This document shows, piece after piece, positions 6,829 through 10,450 of a stretch of 10,450 nt of DNA. The translations under genes were made by a program, and so were the position numbers. The stretch spans positions 1 to 10,450 of the forward strand of contig JARRRI010000012.1 in NCBI GenBank assembly GCA_037380845.1. Direction: 5' to 3'. Below the pieces are notes generated by a model. It had not been told where the DNA came from. It did no database searches and saw nothing but the letters and a program-made list of their open reading frames with translations. The first letter of the stretch is position 1; each line of letters opens with the position of its first letter. This stretch comes from Candidatus Sulfobium sp. (GTDB lineage: Bacteria; Nitrospirota; Thermodesulfovibrionia; Thermodesulfovibrionales; UBA6898).

Positions 6829-8066
6829 GCACTCTCTATAAACAGGAGCGCGGGGTCCTCGATGTACCTGGACACCTTTGTCAGGAATTTCGAGGCGTCT
6901 ACCCCGTCCGTCACCCTGTGGTCGAAGGTAAGGGATAAGGGAAGTATTTTCCTGATCACAATCTGGCCGTCCTTAACCCAGGGTTTTTCCATGATCTTTC
7001 CTGTTCCCAGGATCGCGGACTCCGGATAGTTAATGATCGGCGTTGCGAAAGTCCCGCCGAAATGCCCGTAGTTCGTGATGGTGAAAGTCCCCCCTTTCAT
7101 CTCTTCCAGTTTTATCTTGCGCTCTCTGGCCTTTACGCTCAACTCCTGCAGTTCGGCGGCCAGTTCGATTATCGTCTTCTTGTCGCACTCCTTGATGACC
7201 GGTACCATCAGGCCGTCCGGCGTATCTACCGCGATGCCGTCTATGGAGGCGCTCAGGTAGGGATGTTCGGTCAGGGCGTGAATGACGGCCTTTATGAAAA
7301 AGGGCAGGAAGGTGAGATGGACTTTTTTATCGGCCAGGGTCTTGTTCTCCCGCTCTCTGAGCTCCCACAGGTCCGTTATGTCCACTTCGTCCATGCCGGT
7401 AACGAAGGCGGTGGTCTTCTGCGAAAAAGTCAGGTTTCTCGATATTGTCCTGCGCAGGCCCCTCAGAGGCTCTCTTTCCTCTGCACCATAGACCGCGGTC
7501 GGTTTCCGGGCCTTTTCTGCGGCCCTCCTGACGTCTTCCCTGGTGACGCTGCCGGCCGGTCCGGAGCCTTCTATCCGCCCGAGCGCGACGCCCAGCTCCT
7601 TCGCGTAGTTTCTCACGGAAGGAGTCGCAAGGACTTCCGCTTCCTCCTCTTCTTCCTCTTCAGGAACCGATCCGACTACGGACACGGATTCTTTACGGCG
7701 CACCGTTTCTTTTTCCTCTTCTTCTCCTCTTTCTTCTTTTTCTTCCTCTTCAGGCACCTCGCCGACGACTGAAACCGATTCCCGTTTTTTCTTTGGCGGG
7801 GCCTCCTCTTTCGTTTCGGCCTTCCCGCCGTCCTCCGCTATCGTCATCAGCACATCTCCGACCTCGGCGATTTCACCTTCTTCCTTGTTGATGCTGAGGA
7901 CCGTGCCTTTTCTGGGCGAAGGTACCTCTACAACGGCCTTGTCGGTTTCTATCTCCAGTATGTTCTGATGCTCTTCTATCGGATCGCCCTTCTTGACAAG
8001 CCACTTCCGGATCTCTCCTTCCGTGATACCCTCACCAAGGTCAGGCAAAACAAATTCATGCGGCAT
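6825..8066 (-). CDS. pdhC: 2-oxoacid (probably pyruvate) dehydrogenase E2, dihydrolipoamide acyltransferase
   Basis: Lipoyl domain LPDLGEGITEGEI...ETDKAVVEVPSP (K43), acidic linker, E1/E3-binding domain ATPSVRNYAKELGV...GSGPAGSVTREDV, catalytic GGTFTITNYG, TPIINYPE, TFDHRVTDG. GGAGGAGG RBS. Substrate specificity is inferred. Confidence 0.9.
   Translation of the reverse strand: MPHEFVLPDLGEGITEGEIRKWLVKKGDPIEEHQNILEIETDKAVVEVPSPRKGTVLSINKEEGEIAEVGDVLMTIAEDGGKAETKEEAPPKKKRESVSVVGEVPEEEEKEERGEEEEKETVRRKESVSVVGSVPEEEEEEEAEVLATPSVRNYAKELGVALGRIEGSGPAGSVTREDVRRAAEKARKPTAVYGAEEREPLRGLRRTISRNLTFSQKTTAFVTGMDEVDITDLWELRERENKTLADKKVHLTFLPFFIKAVIHALTEHPYLSASIDGIAVDTPDGLMVPVIKECDKKTIIELAAELQELSVKARERKIKLEEMKGGTFTITNYGHFGGTFATPIINYPESAILGTGKIMEKPWVKDGQIVIRKILPLSLTFDHRVTDGVDASKFLTKVSRYIEDPALLFIESA
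7650..7781 (-). repeat. Intragenic duplication (90-nt period) encoding ESVSVVGxVPEEEE twice
   Basis: Copies at about 7740-7781 and 7650-7691; 13 of 14 residues identical. Confidence 0.85.
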
Positions 8067-8159
8067 AATACCTCCTCCGTGCTCCGGGATGTCCGTTTTT
8101 CGGGAGCGACTTGAAACGTTTTGTCCGGCAGCCGCCGGTATTTGATCCGTAACAGCTAA

Positions 8160-8188
8160 AGAATATCATGCAAAATAAGAGCAGTCAA
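8160..8188 (-). promoter_or_regulatory. sigma70 promoter of the pdhC-acdA operon
   Basis: Minus strand TTGACT (8188-8183), N17, TATTCT (8165-8160), with an extended -10 TG. Confidence 0.65.
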
Positions 8189-8256
8189 TTTGGCCGGTTT
8201 TGGCGCCATGATCCGTCTGTTCCGCCTCGCTGTACCACGGATTACGGAAAAAGGGG

Positions 8257-8280
8257 TGTGATATAATCTGAAACAGGAGG
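8257..8280 (+). promoter_or_regulatory. Extended -10 promoter and RBS of the TraB/GumN gene
   Basis: TGTG-A-TATAAT (8257-8267), then AGGAGG (8275-8280) before GTG 8285. Confidence 0.65.
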
Positions 8281-8284
8281 AAGA

Positions 8285-9175
8285 GTGAGGGTAAAAACAG
8301 CTGTCGCCCTGACCGTATTGTTTATCTTTGCGCTGGTCGGCTCGCACCGGGGCCCGTCGGCAGACGAGAAGAAGCATTTTATGTGGCAGGTACGCTCCGA
8401 AAGCGGCACCGCTTATCTCCTGGGATCCGTACATCTGATGAAAAAATATATCTATCCCCTTGAGACAAGTATAGAAGAGGCATTCGGGGAGTCGGATGTC
8501 CTGGCGGTCGAAGCGAACATAAACAGTCTCAATCCTGAGGAGGCCGGGGAGATCGCTGAAAAATCTCTCTACCCCCCGGGGGATTCGCTGAAAAAACACA
8601 TATCCGGCCGGACCTATGACATGGTGAAAGACGAGGCGAATAAGACGGGGCTGCCTGCGGCAATTGCCGACAGACAGCGTCCGTGGGCCCTGGCACTTAC
8701 GTTTACTTCTCTCGAACTGATGAAAGCGGGTTTTGACCCGCGTTATGGCATCGACCGTCACTTCCTTTCTGAGGCTGAAGGGCGGAAGAAGATAGTGGAA
8801 CTCGAGAGCCTCGGTTACCAGCTCGACCTCCTGGCGGGCCTTTCAGATGCCGAACAGGAGATGTTTCTCATATACACTTTGAAAGACGTCCGGAGGCTCG
8901 GTGCGGCGACGGATAAAATGCTCGACGCCTGGAAGAGCGGAAACGGGAGGGAGATGGCTTCCTTATTGTCAGGGGAGGGTACCGAGGACAAAGGACTGTC
9001 CCTTTTTTACGGCAGGCTTCTGTATGAAAGGAACAGGAACATGGCCGTAAAAATCGAGGAACTCCTCCGGAACGGCGGGACCTGTTTCGTTGTTGTCGGG
9101 GCAGGGCATCTGGTCGGCAAGAAGGGCATTATCGAAATTCTGAAAGACAGGGGATACCGGGTGAAGCAGTTGTAG
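8285..9175 (+). CDS. TraB/GumN (Tiki-like) family protein, putative exported metalloprotease
   Basis: Signal-peptide-like N-terminus; YLLGSVH, VLAVEAN, GIDRHF, VELES, ERNRNM, FVVVGAGHLVG motifs. Confidence 0.9.
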   Translation: MRVKTAVALTVLFIFALVGSHRGPSADEKKHFMWQVRSESGTAYLLGSVHLMKKYIYPLETSIEEAFGESDVLAVEANINSLNPEEAGEIAEKSLYPPGDSLKKHISGRTYDMVKDEANKTGLPAAIADRQRPWALALTFTSLELMKAGFDPRYGIDRHFLSEAEGRKKIVELESLGYQLDLLAGLSDAEQEMFLIYTLKDVRRLGAATDKMLDAWKSGNGREMASLLSGEGTEDKGLSLFYGRLLYERNRNMAVKIEELLRNGGTCFVVVGAGHLVGKKGIIEILKDRGYRVKQL

Positions 9176-9325
9176 GAAGGAATTCGCCTCACTTCCGGGT
9201 ATTGCCCATGTTGTTTATAGAGGTCCGCCGCGTCTTTGCCCGTCATCCCGCCCTGGTTGCCCCCGGAGCCGCGAGGAGGAAACTTGTCTTCATTTTTGCT
9301 TATGGACAACTTAAGCGTTAAATTA

Positions 9326-9354
9326 TTGCATAAGGACATTTATTTGAATACACT
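9326..9354 (+). promoter_or_regulatory. sigma70 promoter of the mla operon
   Basis: TTGCAT (9326-9331), N17, TACACT (9349-9354) in an AT-rich stretch. Confidence 0.55.
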
Positions 9355-9416
9355 TTAAAAGACGGAGCCTTTTTTGCCTCTGGCATATTTCAGACCGTCG
9401 TCTATTGAAACCGGAT

Positions 9417-10187
9417 ATGGTTACTCTATTACGAAAACTCGGAGCGCTGATCCTGGCACAGGTGAGGGGTATGGGGAGAATGCTGCTTTTTTTGCTGAAT
9501 TCTCTCTATCTCATTTTTGTGCCGCCTTTCAAGTTCAGGGTAATGCTCAGGCAGATCCGGTTTTTCGGCAACAAGTCGCTTGTAGTAATATTGCTGACAG
9601 GCTCTTTCACCGGGATGGTCCTGGGTCTCCAGATATATTACACTCTCAGAAAATTCGGCTCTGAAGCCATGCTCGGTCCGGCTGTGGGGCTCAGCATCAT
9701 AAGGGAACTGGGACCAGTACTGTCCGCCCTTATGGTAACCGGGAGGGCGGGGTCGGCCCTTTCAGCAGAAATAGGAATCATGAAGATAACCGAGCAGATA
9801 GACGCCCTCACCTCGATGGCCCTCAACCCTCTGCGCTATCTTATCGTGCCGAACATCGTGGCGGCGATTGTCGTCTTCCCCCTTCTTACGTCCATCTTCG
9901 ACCTCATCGGCATATACGGGGGGTACTTTGTGGGGGTCAAACTCCTCGGGCTAAGTTCGGGGACATATTTTTCCCAGATGGAAAGCCTTATCAGCATGGC
10001 GGATATCCGTATAGGCTTATACAAGGCGGTCAGCTTCGGCGTAATAGTATCCTGGGTCTGCTGCTACAAGGGCTTTTATACAAGCTACGGGGCGGAGGGT
10101 GTGAGCAAGTCCACCACCTCCGCAGTTGTTACGTCGTCGATACTTATTCTTGTCTGGGATTATTTCCTGGGCACTCTGTTTGTGTAG
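9417..10187 (+). CDS. mlaE: MlaE-family lipid asymmetry ABC transporter permease
   Basis: FTGMVLGLQ, IIRELGPVLSALMVTGRAGSALSAEIGIMKITEQIDAL, GAEGVSKSTTSAVV. Start is ATG 9417 or TTG 9405 (uncertain). Confidence 0.95.
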   Translation: MVTLLRKLGALILAQVRGMGRMLLFLLNSLYLIFVPPFKFRVMLRQIRFFGNKSLVVILLTGSFTGMVLGLQIYYTLRKFGSEAMLGPAVGLSIIRELGPVLSALMVTGRAGSALSAEIGIMKITEQIDALTSMALNPLRYLIVPNIVAAIVVFPLLTSIFDLIGIYGGYFVGVKLLGLSSGTYFSQMESLISMADIRIGLYKAVSFGVIVSWVCCYKGFYTSYGAEGVSKSTTSAVVTSSILILVWDYFLGTLFV

Positions 10188-10198
10188 AGGGTCACCGG

Positions 10199-10450
10199 AT
10201 GATCAAGATAGTGAACCTGAAGAAGTCTTTTGACGGTCAGGAGGTCCTGAAGGGCCTGAACCTGAATGTCGCCAACGGAGAACTGACGGCGGTGATCGGA
10301 AAAAGCGGGGGAGGGAAGAGCGTTCTCCTGAAACACCTGATCGGTCTTCTCAAGCCCGATGAGGGAGACATCATCATCGAGGGTGTTGACATTACCGTCG
10401 TGCACGGAAAGGAGCTCGACAGGATCCGTGAGAAATTCGGAGTGGTTTTT
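10199..10450 (+). CDS. mlaF: MlaF-family ABC transporter ATP-binding protein, 3'-truncated by the window edge
   Basis: Not in the ORF track. Manual translation MIKIVNLKKSFDGQEVLKGLNLNVANGELTAVIGKSGGGKSVLLKHLIGLLKPDEG...KFGVVF with Walker A GKSGGGKS, directly after mlaE. Confidence 0.92.
   Translation, partial: MIKIVNLKKSFDGQEVLKGLNLNVANGELTAVIGKSGGGKSVLLKHLIGLLKPDEGDIIIEGVDITVVHGKELDRIREKFGVVF

Noticed and set aside
7062..7772. 236-aa plus-strand ORF with Phe-rich end
   Set aside because: Antisense to pdhC; the Phe/Ser runs mirror the poly-Glu linker codons.
2137..8066. DsrE plus lipoyl protein as an sHdr-type sulfur oxidation system
   Set aside because: The lipoyl domain belongs to a full E2 rather than a GcvH-like LbpA, and there are no hdr, tusA or rhodanese genes in the window.
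8156..8761. 201-aa minus-strand ORF as a possible missing E1 subunit
   Set aside because: Overlaps the TraB/GumN gene and both promoters; no TPP-binding or transketolase-like motifs.

Overview
Bacterial chromosomal window with no mobile element, rRNA, tRNA or CRISPR array. Gene content suggests an O2-tolerant anaerobe such as Nitrospirota or Desulfobacterota (inference only). The left half is a minus-strand O2/NO-handling block: a class A flavodiiron protein (fprA) coupled to a YqiA-type esterase and preceded by a sigma70 promoter under a PerR/Fur-like box, then a DsrE-family protein, then an atypical C-family (cbb3-like) oxidase ccoN plus ccoO running off the left edge. A small 4-Cys protein is transcribed divergently behind two NarL/LuxR-type boxes. 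A stand-alone two-gene operon encodes a 2-oxoacid dehydrogenase E2 (about 14 aa deleted in-frame, duplicated linker motif) and an ADP-forming acyl-CoA synthetase alpha subunit, with no E1, E3 or beta subunit beside them. The right end carries a TraB/GumN protein and the start of an mlaE-mlaF operon. All assignments come from motif reading and recalled family sequences, not database searches.
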